DNA of 64,000 bases from Alphaproteobacteria bacterium (GCA_963555825.3 CAUVXB020000002.1:224001-288000); one strand, 5' to 3'. Numbered from the stretch's first letter, positions 1 through 10,911 are shown. Made by a program: numbers and translations. Notes: a model not told the origin generated them from the sequence alone.

Positions 1-700
1 TCGTCTCGGGCGAATTGAGGTACTTGGGCTTGCCGTCGCCGAGCGCGCGGCCACCGAAGGCGACGATGCGACCGCCGCGGTCGGTGATCGGGAAGATGAC
101 GCGGCCACGGAAGCGGTCGTAGGACGTGCCGCCGTCATCGGGCACGATCAGCATGCCGGCGGCGACCATCATGGTCTCGCTGATTCCCTCTGCGGCCAGC
201 GCGCGTTTCAGCGCAATGCGCGAATCGGGCGCCCAGCCGAGGCGGAATTTGGCGATCGTCGCGGCGTCGAGACCACGGCCGTTGAGGTAATCGCGCGCCT
301 TGGCGCCGACCGTCTCGCCGAGCTGGCTCTCGAACCACGCGCAGGCCGCCTCGAGCACGGTATAGAGCGAGGTGCGCTCCTTCTCGCGGGCCTTGTCCTC
401 GGGCGTCTGGCGGGGCAACGGCAGACCGGCCGCATCCGCCAGGCGTTCGACGGCCTCGGGGAAGGTCAGGTTGTCGATGCGCATGGCGAAGCCGATGACG
501 TCGCCATGCTCGCCGCAGCCGAAGCAATGGAAGAAGCCCTTGTCCTCGCTCACCGTGAAGGACGGCGTCTTCTCGTTGTGGAAGGGGCATAACCCGACGT
601 GTTCGCGGCCGCGCCGGGTCAGCCGCACGCGCCGGCCGATCGTGTCGGCGAGCGACACCCGTGCTCTGATCTCGTCGAGGAATTGGGGCGGAAACATCAT
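1..700 (-). CDS. dnaG: DNA primase (N-terminal part; runs off the window start)
   Basis: Manual minus-strand translation from ATG at 700: MMFPPQFLDEIRARVSL...GLCPFHNEKTPSF...FHCFGCGEHGD (CHC2 zinc finger), later YDRFRGRVIFPI and PKYLNSPET. Absent from the ORF track because it has no stop in the window. Confidence 0.97.
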   Translation of the reverse strand, partial: MMFPPQFLDEIRARVSLADTIGRRVRLTRRGREHVGLCPFHNEKTPSFTVSEDKGFFHCFGCGEHGDVIGFAMRIDNLTFPEAVERLADAAGLPLPRQTPEDKAREKERTSLYTVLEAACAWFESQLGETVGAKARDYLNGRGLDAATIAKFRLGWAPDSRIALKRALAAEGISETMMVAAGMLIVPDDGGTSYDRFRGRVIFPITDRGGRIVAFGGRALGDGKPKYLNSPET

Positions 701-721
701 CGCGCAGCCGCTCCCCGAATC

Positions 722-1177
722 TCAGCCAAGCATGACCTTGACCATCGCGCTGGTCTTGCCGAAGTCCATGCAGCCGGCATAGCGCGCCTTGAGCGCGGCC
801 ATGGTGCGCCCCATGTCCTTGAGCCCGGTCGCGCCGAGTTCGGCGACGACCTCGCGCACCGCCGCCTCGATCTCGGCTTGGTCGAGCTGGCGCGGCAGGA
901 AGACCTCGATCACCGTGATCTCTTCCGATTCGCGTTCGGCCAGGTCGACCCGGCCGCCCTCCTCGTAGAGTTTGATGCTGTCGCGCCGCTGGCGGACCAT
1001 CTTGGTCAGGAGCTGCAGGATTTCGGCGTCCGGGATGCCGTCGGTGTTGCCCTCGCCGCGCACCGCGATGTCGCGGTCCTTGACGGCGGCAAGGATGAGA
1101 CGCAGCGTCGAGACCCGGCGCGGGTCCTTGGCCTTCATCGCAACCTTGAGCGCGTCGGTCAATTCGTCGCGCAGCAT
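722..1177 (-). CDS. GatB/YqeY domain protein
   Basis: 151 aa, LKVAMKAKD...QRRDSIKLYEEGGRVDLAERE...FLPRQL...KDMGRTM. Usual position upstream of dnaG. Confidence 0.93.
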   Translation of the reverse strand: MLRDELTDALKVAMKAKDPRRVSTLRLILAAVKDRDIAVRGEGNTDGIPDAEILQLLTKMVRQRRDSIKLYEEGGRVDLAERESEEITVIEVFLPRQLDQAEIEAAVREVVAELGATGLKDMGRTMAALKARYAGCMDFGKTSAMVKVMLG

Positions 1178-1254
1178 TCTATGGGCGTCCGGGGAGCATG
1201 ATGATCGGCAAGCATAGACGGAAAGGCCCTTGGTGGCAAACGCAAATTCTTTTG

Positions 1255-1324
1255 TAAGTTATTGATTTATAATCTATTTTTCTTTTTAACAAGGGTTGAC
1301 GGCGCGACCGTATTTGCGTATCTT
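1255..1324 (+). promoter_or_regulatory. Putative sigma70 promoter of carA with an upstream IHF-consensus site
   Basis: TTGACG (1296-1301), 17 bp spacer, TATCTT (1319-1324). Bases 1255-1267 read AATCAA-TAAC-TTA on the minus strand (WATCAANNNNTTR) inside an AT-rich tract. Confidence 0.55.
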
Positions 1325-1403
1325 CCGCGCCGATTGCGAGGTCCACGCGCGCATTGGGGCGCCGCAGTGTACGGCCTCGCCGACCCGCCAGCGGCCAAAA
1401 CGC

Positions 1404-2573
1404 ATGCCCGACAGCAGTTCGCCGCCCGATCCCTCGGCCACGGCGGCACTCGTTCTCGCCGACGGCACAGTGTTTTGGGGGCGCGGCGCCGGCGCCGAAG
1501 GCCGCCGCGTCGGCGAGGTCTGCTTCAACACATCGATCACCGGCTACCAGGAAATCCTGACCGATCCGTCCTACGCCGGGCAGATCATCACCTTCACCTT
1601 CCCGCATATCGGCAACGTCGGCGCCAACGCCGAGGATATCGAGTCGACGACGCCGGCGGCGCGCGGCCTGGTGCTTTCCGCCGACATCACCGAGCCGTCG
1701 AACTTCCGATCCTTGCGTCACCTCGACGACTGGCTCAAGGCCAACGACCTGGCCGGCATCGCCGGCGTCGACACGCGGCGCCTGACCCGCCACCTGCGCG
1801 ACGGCGGTGCCCAGACCGGCGCGCTGGCGCACGGCGCGGCCGGTACGCTGGACATCGCCGCGCTGCGCGCCGAAGCGCAAGCCTGGCCGGGCCTCGAGGG
1901 CATGGATCTGGCCAAGGACGTCACCTGCCGCCAGACCTACGCCTGGGACGAGACGCGCTGGCGCCTGGGCGAGGGTTACGGCGTGCAGGACACGCCGCGC
2001 CGCCACGTCGTCGCGGTCGATTACGGCGCCAAGCGCAACATCCTGCGCTGCCTGGCGTCGGCCGGCTGTCGCGTCACCGTGGTGCCGGCGACGGCTTCCG
2101 CCGAGGACGTGCTGCGCCATGAGCCCGACGGCGTGTTCCTGTCGAACGGCCCAGGCGACCCGGCGGCGACCGGAACTTACGCCGTGCCGACGATCCAGGG
2201 CGTGCTGGCGGCCGGCGTGCCGATTTTCGGCATTTGCCTGGGCCACCAGATGCTCGCGCTGGCGCTCGGCGCGCGCACCGAGAAGATGCATTTCGGCCAC
2301 CGTGGCGCCAACCACCCGGTCAAGGACCTCGAGACCGGCAAGGTCGAGATCACCAGCCAGAACCACGGCTTCGTCGTCGATGCCGACAGCCTGCCCGCCG
2401 GCCTGCGCGCGACCCACGTCTCGTTGTTCGACGGCACGCTGGAAGGCTTCGCGCTCGACGGCAAGCCGGTCTTCGCCGTCCAGTACCACCCCGAAGCATC
2501 GCCCGGCCCGCAAGACAGCCACTACCTGTTCGAGCGCTTCGTCGCGATGATCGAAGCCCATGCCCAGGCGTAA
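1404..2573 (+). CDS. carA: Carbamoyl-phosphate synthase small subunit
   Basis: GEVCFNTSITGYQEILTDPSY, LSNGPGDP, FGICLGHQ, QYHPEASPGP. Start placed at ATG 1404. Confidence 0.98.
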   Translation: MPDSSSPPDPSATAALVLADGTVFWGRGAGAEGRRVGEVCFNTSITGYQEILTDPSYAGQIITFTFPHIGNVGANAEDIESTTPAARGLVLSADITEPSNFRSLRHLDDWLKANDLAGIAGVDTRRLTRHLRDGGAQTGALAHGAAGTLDIAALRAEAQAWPGLEGMDLAKDVTCRQTYAWDETRWRLGEGYGVQDTPRRHVVAVDYGAKRNILRCLASAGCRVTVVPATASAEDVLRHEPDGVFLSNGPGDPAATGTYAVPTIQGVLAAGVPIFGICLGHQMLALALGARTEKMHFGHRGANHPVKDLETGKVEITSQNHGFVVDADSLPAGLRATHVSLFDGTLEGFALDGKPVFAVQYHPEASPGPQDSHYLFERFVAMIEAHAQA

Positions 2574-2579
2574 CGAAAT

Positions 2580-2788
2580 GAACCACAGAGGCACAGAGAC
2601 ACAGAGAAAAAATAGAATAAGTTGTTTTGGCGCTTCGCGCCGAAGGCGGTCGGGCGCCATGACCCCTCTGTGTCTCTGTGTCTCTGTGTCTCTGTGTCTC
2701 TGTGTCTCTGTGTCTCTGTGTCTCTGTGTCTCTGTGTCTCTGTGTCTCTGTGTCTCTGTGTCTCTGTGTCTCTGTGTCTCTGTGGTTC
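2580..2788. repeat. Inverted-repeat element with an expanded 8-bp tandem repeat (CTCTGTGT x14 + CTCTGTGG)
   Basis: Left arm GAACCACAGAGGCACAGAGACACAGAG (2580-2606). The right arm is 15 octamer units (2666-2785) ending GTGGTTC, the reverse complement of the left arm. Confidence 0.92.
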
Positions 2789-2815
2789 ACTTAAAATCGT
2801 GGGAAACGCTCGCCC

Positions 2816-5800
2816 ATGCCTAAACGCACCGACATCTCGTCGATCCTGATCATCGGCGCCGGGCCGATCGTCATCGGGCAGGCGTGCGAGTTCGACTACG
2901 CCGGGACGCAGGCGTGCAAGGCGCTCAAGGACGAGGGCTACCGCGTCGTGCTGGTCAATTCGAACCCGGCGACGATCATGACCGACGCCGACCTCGCCGA
3001 CGCGACCTATATCGAACCGGTGACGACCGAGATGGTCGCCAAGGTCATCGAACGCGAACGGCCCGACGCATTGCTCCCCACCATGGGCGGACAAACCGGC
3101 CTCAATACCGCGCTCAGCCTCGCGCGCGACGGCGTGCTCGAGCGTTTCGGCGTCGAGATGATCGGCGCCACGCGCGACGCCATCGACAAGGCCGAGGACC
3201 GCGACCGCTTCCGCGAGGCGATGGCCAACATCGGCCTGGAGTGCCCGCGCAGCCGTCTCGCCCACGACCTGGCCGAGGCGCGCGAAGCGCTCGAATTCGT
3301 CGGCCTGCCGGCGATCATCCGGCCCAACTTCACGCTCGGCGGCTTGGGCGCCGGGGTCGTCTACCAGCGCGGCGAGTTCGACGCCGCCGTCGCCACCGGG
3401 CTCGATGCCTCGCCGACCCACGAGGTGCTGATCGAGGAGTCGGTGCTCGGCTGGAAGGAATTCGAGATGGAGGTCGTGCGCGACCGCGCCGACAACTGCA
3501 TCATCGTCTGCTCGATCGAGAATATCGACCCGATGGGCATCCACACCGGCGATTCGATGACCGTGGCGCCGGCGCTGACGCTGACCGACAAGGAATACCA
3601 GCTGATGCGCAACGCCTCGATCGCGGTGTTGCGCGAGATCGGCGTCGACACCGGCGGCTCGAACGTCCAGTTCGCGATCGATCCGGCCGACGGCCGCATG
3701 CTCGTCATCGAGATGAACCCGCGCGTTTCACGCTCGTCGGCGCTGGCCTCCAAGGCGACCGGCTTCCCGATCGCCAAGGTCGCCGCCAAGCTCGCGGTCG
3801 GCTATACGCTGGATGAAATCGACAATGACATCACCGGCGTCACGCCGGCCTCGTTCGAGCCGACCATCGACTATGTCGTTACCAAGGTGCCGCGCTTCAC
3901 CTTCGAGAAGTTCCCGGGCACCGAGGCGCTCCTGACGACCTCGATGAAATCGGTCGGCGAGGCCATGTCGATCGGCCGTAACTTCGCCGAATCACTGCAA
4001 AAGGCGCTGTGCTCGCTCGAGATCGGGCTCACCGGTCTCAACGAGGTCGCGGTGCCGGGCTACACGCCGGGCGGCGGCACCGGGCCGCTGCGCGCCGCAC
4101 TGGCGCGTCCGACGCCCGACCGGCTGTTGGTCATCGCCCAGGCGTTCCGCGAGGGCCTGACGATCGACGAGGTGCGCGCCGCCTGCCACTTCGACCCCTG
4201 GTTCCTGGCGCAGATCGCCGATCTCGTGGCCGTCGAGGCGGACGTCCGCACGAGCGGCCTGCCGGGCGATCACACCGGTCTGCTCAGGCTCAAGAAGATG
4301 GGTTTCTCGGACGCCCGCCTGGCCGAGCTCGCGGGCACCGACGAAGCCGCCGTTTGGGCGGCGCGCGGGACGCACGGCGTGCACCCCGTGTACAAGCGCA
4401 TCGACACCTGTGCCGCCGAGTTCGAGGCGCGCACGCCCTATATGTACTCGTGCTACGAGGGCGACGGGACGGCGCCGGCCGAATGCGAGGCCCAGGCCAG
4501 CGACCGGCGCAAGGTGATCATCCTGGGCGGCGGCCCGAACCGCATCGGCCAGGGCATAGAGTTCGACTATTGCTGCGTCCACGCCGCCTTCGGCCTCGCC
4601 GACGCCGGCATCGAGACGATCATGGTCAACTGCAACCCCGAGACCGTCTCGACCGACTACGACACCTCGGATCGGCTCTACTTCGAGCCGCTGACCACCG
4701 AGCACGTCATCGAGCTGGCGCGCGTCGAGCAGGCGCGCGGCACGCTGATCGGCGTCATCGTCCAGCTCGGCGGGCAGACGCCGCTGCGCCTCGCCGATGC
4801 GCTCGAGACCGCCGGCGTGCCGATCATCGGCACGACGCCCGACGCCATCGATCTGGCCGAGGACCGCGAGCGCTTTCAAGCGCTGCTCGAGCACCTCGGC
4901 CTGCGTCAGCCGGCCAACGGCACCTGCCGGTCGGTCGACGAGGCGCTCGCGATCGCCACGCGGATCGGCTACCCGGTCGTCATGCGGCCATCGTACGTGC
5001 TCGGCGGCCGCGCCATGGAGATCGTCCATGACGCCGCGTCGCTGACCCATTATCTCGGCCACGCGGTCAAGGCCTCGGGCGACAATCCGGTGCTGATCGA
5101 CGCCTATCTCCGCGATGCCGTCGAGGTCGACGTCGATGCGCTGGCCGACGGCGAGAGGGTCTTCGTCGCCGGCATATTGGAGCATATCGAGGAGGCCGGC
5201 GTGCATTCGGGCGACTCGGCCTGTTCGCTGCCGCCCTATTCGCTGGCGCCCGCCGTGCTCGACGACATTCGCCGCCAGACCGAGGCGCTGGCGCGCGCGC
5301 TCGGCGTCGTCGGGCTGATGAACGTCCAGTTCGCGGTCAAGGACGACGAGGTCTACGTCCTCGAGGTCAACCCGAGGGCGAGCCGCACGGTGCCCTTCGT
5401 CGCCAAGACCATCGGCGTGCCGATCGCCAAGATCGCGGCGCGGGTCATGGCCGGCGAACCGCTCGCGTCGTTCGGTCTGAAAACCGTCGAGGTGCCGCAT
5501 ATCGCGGTCAAGGAAGCGGTCTTCCCGTTTTCGCGCTTTCCCGGTGTCGACATCATTTTGGGGCCGGAAATGAAGTCGACCGGCGAGGTCATGGGGCTCG
5601 ACCGCGATTTTGGCCGCGCCTTCGCCAAGTCGCAGCTGGCGATCGGCGCCTCGGTGCCCGAGGGCGGCACGGTGTTCGTCTCGGTCAAGGATTCCGACAA
5701 ATCCGCGATGGTGCCGCTGCTCACCGAGTTGATCGGCCTCGGCTTCTCGCTCGCGGCGACGCGTGGCACGGCGAGCTTCCTCGAAGGCCGGGGCCTCGCC

Positions 5801-6073
5801 GTCCGCATCGTCAACAAGGTCGCCGAGGGCCGGCCACACTGTGTCGACGCGATCGAGAACGGCGACTTCGCGCTCGTCTTCAATACAACCGAGGGCGCCC
5901 AGGCGATCGCCGACTCATTTTCGCTCAGGCGTGCCACCCTGCTCAACAGGGTGCCCTACCACACCACGGTGCCCGGCTGCCGCGCCATGGTCCAGGCGAT
6001 CAACGCGATTACCGCGGGCGACCTTGAAGTCGACCCCTTACAGTCTTATCGTATTCAGTCTGCCGGCGATTGA
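2816..6073 (+). CDS. carB: Carbamoyl-phosphate synthase large subunit
   Basis: 1085 aa, [18 protein letters not shown], two ATP-grasp halves ([19 protein letters not shown]). Confidence 0.99.
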   Translation: MPKRTDISSILIIGAGPIVIGQACEFDYAGTQACKALKDEGYRVVLVNSNPATIMTDADLADATYIEPVTTEMVAKVIERERPDALLPTMGGQTGLNTALSLARDGVLERFGVEMIGATRDAIDKAEDRDRFREAMANIGLECPRSRLAHDLAEAREALEFVGLPAIIRPNFTLGGLGAGVVYQRGEFDAAVATGLDASPTHEVLIEESVLGWKEFEMEVVRDRADNCIIVCSIENIDPMGIHTGDSMTVAPALTLTDKEYQLMRNASIAVLREIGVDTGGSNVQFAIDPADGRMLVIEMNPRVSRSSALASKATGFPIAKVAAKLAVGYTLDEIDNDITGVTPASFEPTIDYVVTKVPRFTFEKFPGTEALLTTSMKSVGEAMSIGRNFAESLQKALCSLEIGLTGLNEVAVPGYTPGGGTGPLRAALARPTPDRLLVIAQAFREGLTIDEVRAACHFDPWFLAQIADLVAVEADVRTSGLPGDHTGLLRLKKMGFSDARLAELAGTDEAAVWAARGTHGVHPVYKRIDTCAAEFEARTPYMYSCYEGDGTAPAECEAQASDRRKVIILGGGPNRIGQGIEFDYCCVHAAFGLADAGIETIMVNCNPETVSTDYDTSDRLYFEPLTTEHVIELARVEQARGTLIGVIVQLGGQTPLRLADALETAGVPIIGTTPDAIDLAEDRERFQALLEHLGLRQPANGTCRSVDEALAIATRIGYPVVMRPSYVLGGRAMEIVHDAASLTHYLGHAVKASGDNPVLIDAYLRDAVEVDVDALADGERVFVAGILEHIEEAGVHSGDSACSLPPYSLAPAVLDDIRRQTEALARALGVVGLMNVQFAVKDDEVYVLEVNPRASRTVPFVAKTIGVPIAKIAARVMAGEPLASFGLKTVEVPHIAVKEAVFPFSRFPGVDIILGPEMKSTGEVMGLDRDFGRAFAKSQLAIGASVPEGGTVFVSVKDSDKSAMVPLLTELIGLGFSLAATRGTASFLEGRGLAVRIVNKVAEGRPHCVDAIENGDFALVFNTTEGAQAIADSFSLRRATLLNRVPYHTTVPGCRAMVQAINAITAGDLEVDPLQSYRIQSAGD

Positions 6074-6117
6074 TCGTCGGCGGCGACTGAGTCGAACTTG
6101 TGTGCGATAGGCCTGCC

Positions 6118-6591
6118 ATGAACAAGGTTCCGATGACCAGCCGGAGCTTCGAGCACCTCGAAGAGGAGCTGCGTCGCATCAAGTCCGTCGACCGGCCGGC
6201 GGTCATTCGCGCGATCGGCGAGGCGCGCGAGCACGGCGACATTTCCGAGAACGCCGAGTATCACGCCGCCAAGGAGCGCCAAGGCTATATCGAGGCGCGC
6301 GTGCGTGTGCTCGAGGACAAGATCAGCCGTGCCGACGTCATCGACATCAGCAAACTGTCGGGCGACGCCGTCAAGTTCGGCGCGACGGTCGCCGTGGCCG
6401 ACGAGGAGACCGACGAGGAGATGACGTATCAGATCGTCGGCACCGACGAGGCCGACATCAAGGAAGGGCTGCTCTCGGTCACCTCGCCGCTGGGCCGCGC
6501 GCTAATCGGCAAGACGTCCGGAGATTTGGTCGACGTTCACACGCCGCGCGGTCTCAAGAGCTACGAGATCCTCAGCGTCAGTTTCGACTGA
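6118..6591 (+). CDS. greA: Transcription elongation factor GreA
   Basis: AREHGDISENAEYHAAKERQ, SPLGRALIGK. carB-greA synteny. Confidence 0.97.
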   Translation: MNKVPMTSRSFEHLEEELRRIKSVDRPAVIRAIGEAREHGDISENAEYHAAKERQGYIEARVRVLEDKISRADVIDISKLSGDAVKFGATVAVADEETDEEMTYQIVGTDEADIKEGLLSVTSPLGRALIGKTSGDLVDVHTPRGLKSYEILSVSFD

Positions 6592-6619
6592 CGCGGCCGG
6601 CGCCGCTCGCGCGCGACCG

Positions 6620-7591
6620 ATGGCCGCCGAGACCTGCTGGGCCTTAAGCGACGGCAAGGCCGGCAACGAGAACTCCTGTCTGGGTCTCGCCGAGGCGGTC
6701 GGGCTTTCGACCATCGTCAAACGTGTCCGGCCACGCGCGCCCTGGTCGTATCTGCCGCCACAGCTATGGTTCGCACCGTTCAGCGCGCCGGGACCGGGCA
6801 GCGACCCGCTGGCGCCGCCGTGGCCCGACCTGCTGATCGCCGCCGGGCGGCAGAGCGTGGCGCTCTCGATCGCCATCAAGCGGGCCAGCGACGGCCGCTG
6901 CTTTACCGTCCAACTGCTCGACCCGCGCGTCGACCCGGCCAACTTCGATCTGGTCGTCGCGCCCAAGCACGATCGCCTCGAAGGCGCCAACGTGATTGTG
7001 ACGCGCGGCGCGCTTAACCGGATCACGCCGGAGCGCCTCGCCGACGCCGCTCGCGAATTCGAGGTCACTGTCGGGGCGCTGCCCAGCCCGCGCGTCGCCG
7101 TCCTGATCGGCGGCGCCAGCAAACACCACCGCATGTCAGCGGCGGAGGCCACGGCGATCGGCGAGCGGCTGGCCAGCTTTGCCCGAGCGTCGGGCGCCGG
7201 GCTCATGGTCACGACGTCGCGCCGCACCGGCGCCGACAACACCGCTGTCCTGCAGGCGAAACTCGGTGACGTCGGCGCGCTGATTTGGGACGGCGCGGGC
7301 GCCAACCCCTATTTCGGCTATCTCGCGCACGCCGAGGCGATCATCGTGACCAGCGATTCGGTGGCCATGACATCCGAGGCTTGCGCCACCGGCAAGCCGG
7401 TCTTCGTCATCGAACTGCCCGGTGGATCGGCCAAGTTGGAGCGTTTTCACCACGCGCTCGCCGAGGCCGGCTGCACGCGCCCGTTCGCCGATGCCGTCGC
7501 CGCCGGTGGCTTGGAGAGCTGGCGATACACGGCGCTCGGCGAGACCGCGAGCGTCGCGGGCGAGGTGCGCCGGCGACTCGGCATCGGTTGA
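6620..7591 (+). CDS. ELM1-family (mitochondrial fission ELM1-like) protein
   Basis: LSDGKAGNENSCLGLAEA, PWPDLLIAAGR, FDLVVAPKHD, VTSDSVAMTSEACATGKPV. Confidence 0.85.
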   Translation: MAAETCWALSDGKAGNENSCLGLAEAVGLSTIVKRVRPRAPWSYLPPQLWFAPFSAPGPGSDPLAPPWPDLLIAAGRQSVALSIAIKRASDGRCFTVQLLDPRVDPANFDLVVAPKHDRLEGANVIVTRGALNRITPERLADAAREFEVTVGALPSPRVAVLIGGASKHHRMSAAEATAIGERLASFARASGAGLMVTTSRRTGADNTAVLQAKLGDVGALIWDGAGANPYFGYLAHAEAIIVTSDSVAMTSEACATGKPVFVIELPGGSAKLERFHHALAEAGCTRPFADAVAAGGLESWRYTALGETASVAGEVRRRLGIG

Positions 7592-7706
7592 GCCATGCGC
7601 GTCGCATGGCGCACGCCAAAGCGCTGGCGGCAGACGACGAGGCACGATAGGTTACGAGCACTTGCGCGGCGACGCGGCCGGCCCTATCTGCCTTGAGACG
7701 AACGAC

Positions 7707-8675
7707 ATGGCAAACGAACATCATTCCCGGGTTTTGATCATCGGTTCCGGCGCCGCCGGCTACACCGCCGCGGTCTATGCCGCGCGCGCCAATCTCAAGC
7801 CGATGCTGGTGCAGGGTCTGCAGCCCGGCGGCCAGATGACGATCACCACCGACGTCGAAAACTATCCCGGTTTCGCCGAGGTCATCCAGGGCCCCTGGCT
7901 GATGGAGCAAATGGAAGCGCAGGCGCGCAACGTCGGCACGCAGATGATCGCCGACATCATCACCGAGGTCGATTTCGCGCGCCGTCCGTTCCGTTGTGTC
8001 GGCGATTCGGGCGACGTCTACTACGGCGACGCGCTGATCATCGCGACCGGCGCCCAGGCGCGCTGGCTCGGGCTCGAAAGCGAGCAGCGCTTCCAGGGTT
8101 TCGGCGTGTCGGCCTGCGCGACTTGTGACGGCTTCTTCTTCCGCGAGCGCGAGGTGATCGTGGTCGGCGGCGGCAATACTGCGGTCGAGGAGGCGATCTT
8201 TCTGACCAACTTCGCCTCGAAGGTCATCCTGGTGCACCGCCGCGATACGCTGCGCGCCGAAAAAATCATGCAGGACCGGTTGTTCGCCAACCCGAAGATT
8301 TCAGTGATTTGGGACACCGTCATCGACGAGATCCTCGGCACCGAAGACCCTCTCGGCGTGACCGCCGCACGAATGCACAACATCAAGACCGGCGCGACGC
8401 GCGAGATCGCCGCCGACGGCGTGTTCATCGCCATCGGCCACGACCCCGCGACGCAGCTCTTCAAGGGCTTGGTCGAGATGGATGACGAGGGCTACATCGT
8501 GACCGCGCCCGACAACACGGTGACCGGCGTGCCCGGTGTCTTCGCGGCCGGCGACGTGCGCGACAAGGTCTACCGCCAGGCGGTGACGGCGGCGGGCATG
8601 GGCTGCATGGCGGCGCTCGACGCCGAGCGGTTCCTCGCCGAGCACGCCCTCGAAGAATCGGCGGCCGCCGAGTAG
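7707..8675 (+). CDS. trxB: Thioredoxin reductase
   Basis: IIGSGAAGYTAA, SACATCDGFF, VVGGGNTA, FAAGDV..YRQAVTAAG. Confidence 0.98.
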   Translation: MANEHHSRVLIIGSGAAGYTAAVYAARANLKPMLVQGLQPGGQMTITTDVENYPGFAEVIQGPWLMEQMEAQARNVGTQMIADIITEVDFARRPFRCVGDSGDVYYGDALIIATGAQARWLGLESEQRFQGFGVSACATCDGFFFREREVIVVGGGNTAVEEAIFLTNFASKVILVHRRDTLRAEKIMQDRLFANPKISVIWDTVIDEILGTEDPLGVTAARMHNIKTGATREIAADGVFIAIGHDPATQLFKGLVEMDDEGYIVTAPDNTVTGVPGVFAAGDVRDKVYRQAVTAAGMGCMAALDAERFLAEHALEESAAAE

Positions 8676-8702
8676 CGCGCCATCACCCATCGGCAATGAA
8701 TC

Positions 8703-9593
8703 ATGGACTGGGATAAACTTCGCGTCTTTCACGCCGTCGCCGATGCCGGCAGCTTCACCCGCGCGGGCGACCTCTTGAACCTGAGCCAGTCGGCGGTCAG
8801 CCGTCAGATCGGCGCGCTCGAAGAGGACCTGCGCGTGCCGCTGTTCCACCGCCATGCGCGCGGCCTGATCCTTACCGAGCAGGGCGAGACGCTTTACCGG
8901 ACGGCACACGAGGTTTTTTCCAAGGTGCAGATGGCCGAGGCCATGCTCGCCGAGGACAAGGTGCATCCCTCGGGCCCGTTGACGATAACGGCGACCATCG
9001 GCTTCAGCATCGTCTGGCTGACGCCGCGCATGGTCGAGTTCCAGAAGCTCTATCCCGAGATCGAGATGACGCTGATCGCCGAGGATCGCGAGCTCGACCT
9101 TTCGATGCGCGAGGCCGACCTCGCCATCCGCATGCGCGCGCCGACCCAGCTCGACCTGGTGCAGCGCCGCCTGATGACGGTGCACAACCACGCCTATGCA
9201 TCACCGGCCTACCTCGAGGAGCACGGCACGCCGATCGATGTCGCCGACCTCGACGACCACCGTTTGATCGTCTACAGCGATGGTCCGCTGTCGCGCGTGA
9301 CCATGCCCAACTGGCTATTGCGCGCCGGTGAAAACGCTGACAAGCCGCGCCGGCCGGTGCTGAAGGTGAACAACATCCTCGCCATGCTGCGCGCGGTCGA
9401 GAGCGGCCTTGGCATCGCCGCGCTGCCCGATTACATCGTGCGCGACCATTCGGGCGCGGTGTGGGTCATGCCCGAACTCGAAGGCCCGTCGATCGAGACT
9501 TATTTCGTCTACCCCGAGGAACTGCGCCACTCGAAGCGGATCGCGGTATTTCGCGATTTCCTCCTCAAAAAGGTCAAGCAGTCCGGCTTTTAG
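8703..9593 (+). CDS. LysR-family regulator (LsrB/VtlR-like)
   Basis: MDWDKLRVFHAVADAGSFTRAG..LSQSAVSRQI helix-turn-helix. Position directly after trxB matches alphaproteobacterial lsrB/vtlR. Confidence 0.92.
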   Translation: MDWDKLRVFHAVADAGSFTRAGDLLNLSQSAVSRQIGALEEDLRVPLFHRHARGLILTEQGETLYRTAHEVFSKVQMAEAMLAEDKVHPSGPLTITATIGFSIVWLTPRMVEFQKLYPEIEMTLIAEDRELDLSMREADLAIRMRAPTQLDLVQRRLMTVHNHAYASPAYLEEHGTPIDVADLDDHRLIVYSDGPLSRVTMPNWLLRAGENADKPRRPVLKVNNILAMLRAVESGLGIAALPDYIVRDHSGAVWVMPELEGPSIETYFVYPEELRHSKRIAVFRDFLLKKVKQSGF

Positions 9594-9858
9594 TGGATAG
9601 GATCCAACATAGGACACTCATACGATCCCATACCCCGGTTTCTCGGCAGGCGAGCGCCCGCCGGCGATGCCTTTGCATCGGCAAGGGTGTTCGACGCCCC
9701 GAGAAGCCGGGATATGGCACCCGCAGGGCGGCGTCCCAAGGCCGCCGGACGCGTTGCCCGATGCTCGTGATGCTCCAGCATCACCGCACATCGGTCGCCT
9801 TTCCGGGCGACCTTGGGACGCCGTCGTATGGGTGCCATATGTTGCATTCTATCCACTA
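9591..9858. mobile_element. MITE-like element, family A, copy 1 (268 bp)
   Basis: Terminal inverted repeats TAGTGGATAGGATCCAACAT / ATGTTGCATTCTATCCACTA with TA at both ends. Closely similar copy at 10912-11179. Confidence 0.9.
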
Positions 9859-10021
9859 GGTCGAGCCATGCGTCGGACGCATGGCGGCATTGCTCCCAGA
9901 GACCTAGAACCCGCGCCGCATAACGCTTATCTCCAGGATTAGACGAACGGCACCGGTATCTCATCGATCCATCGCCGTTCACCGTTGGAAAGCCCCCTGA
10001 CCAACGGGTTAAATTTCGGGC

Positions 10022-10117
10022 CACATGCCCGAAATCGGGTCTTCGGATCCTACGTCTCCCAGACGTGAAGCCTCCCTGTATTATTAGGCCGGACCTTTTG
10101 GTCCGGCCGTTTTTTTG
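10022..10117 (+). ncRNA. Putative AbcR/alpha-r15-like small RNA
   Basis: Downstream of trxB-lysR. Carries CTCCCA in the hairpin ACGTCT-CCC-AGACGT, then CCTCCC, then an intrinsic terminator. Possible promoter TTGGAA (9985)...TTAAAT (10009). Confidence 0.55.
10087..10116 (+). terminator. Rho-independent terminator
   Basis: GGCCGGACC-TTTT-GGTCCGGCC followed by GTTTTTTT. Confidence 0.88.
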
Positions 10118-10121
10118 TGCC

Positions 10122-10898
10122 TCAGGCGAGCGTCTCGGTGTGGCCGTCGACGGCGAGCGCCTGGCCCGAGATCTTGGCGCCGGCGTCCGAGCAGACGAAC
10201 ACGATCATCGCCGCGATGTCTTGCGCCTCGACGAAGGTGCCGAGCGAGATCGTGCTCAGGTGGCGCTGGCGCGCGTCATCGAGCGTCTCGCCGCGCAGCT
10301 CGGCCTCGGCCGCGATGACGCGTTCGATGCGCTCGCCGGCCACCGGGCCCGGACAGATGGCGTTGACCCGGATGCCGAATTCGCCGAGTTCCATGGCGAG
10401 CGACTTGGTCATGCCGACGACCGCCCACTTCGACGCGGCATAGGGTCCGCGGTAGGGAAAGCCCATGATGCCGGCGGTCGACGACAGGCCGACGATCGAG
10501 CCGCCGCCAGCCGCCTTGAGCAACGGCACGGCGCGCTTCAGGCAGTAGAAATGGCCGTTGATGTTGACGTCGATGGTGCGCCGCCAGTCGTCGTCGGCCA
10601 TGGTCTCGATGCCGCCGGTCGGCCCGGCGATGCCGGCGTTATTGACCAGCACGTCCAGGCCGCCCAGCGACGCCTCGGCCGCGTCGAACAGGCGGTCGAC
10701 CTGGGCCGGGTCGGCGACGTCGGCGAGCGTCGCGCCGAGCCCCGGCACTTGCGCCTGGATCGCCGCGAGCTTGTCGGCGTCGACGTCGCAGATATGGACG
10801 CGCGCGCCGGCGTCGATGAACGCAATAGCCGTCGCCTTGCCGATGCCATCGGCTGCGGCGGTGATGATGACGCGCTTGCCTTCTAACCCGCTGGTCAT
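10122..10898 (-). CDS. SDR-family oxidoreductase
   Basis: TAAADGIG, LVNNAG, YAASKW. Confidence 0.93.
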   Translation of the reverse strand: MTSGLEGKRVIITAAADGIGKATAIAFIDAGARVHICDVDADKLAAIQAQVPGLGATLADVADPAQVDRLFDAAEASLGGLDVLVNNAGIAGPTGGIETMADDDWRRTIDVNINGHFYCLKRAVPLLKAAGGGSIVGLSSTAGIMGFPYRGPYAASKWAVVGMTKSLAMELGEFGIRVNAICPGPVAGERIERVIAAEAELRGETLDDARQRHLSTISLGTFVEAQDIAAMIVFVCSDAGAKISGQALAVDGHTETLA

Positions 10899-10911
10899 GC
10901 CGCTCGCTCCC

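Noticed and set aside
2350-2849. ORFs with HRDTETQR / SLCLCVSV repeats, or a possible CRISPR array
   Set aside because: These are translations of a pure 8-bp tandem repeat. There are no unique spacers and no cas genes.
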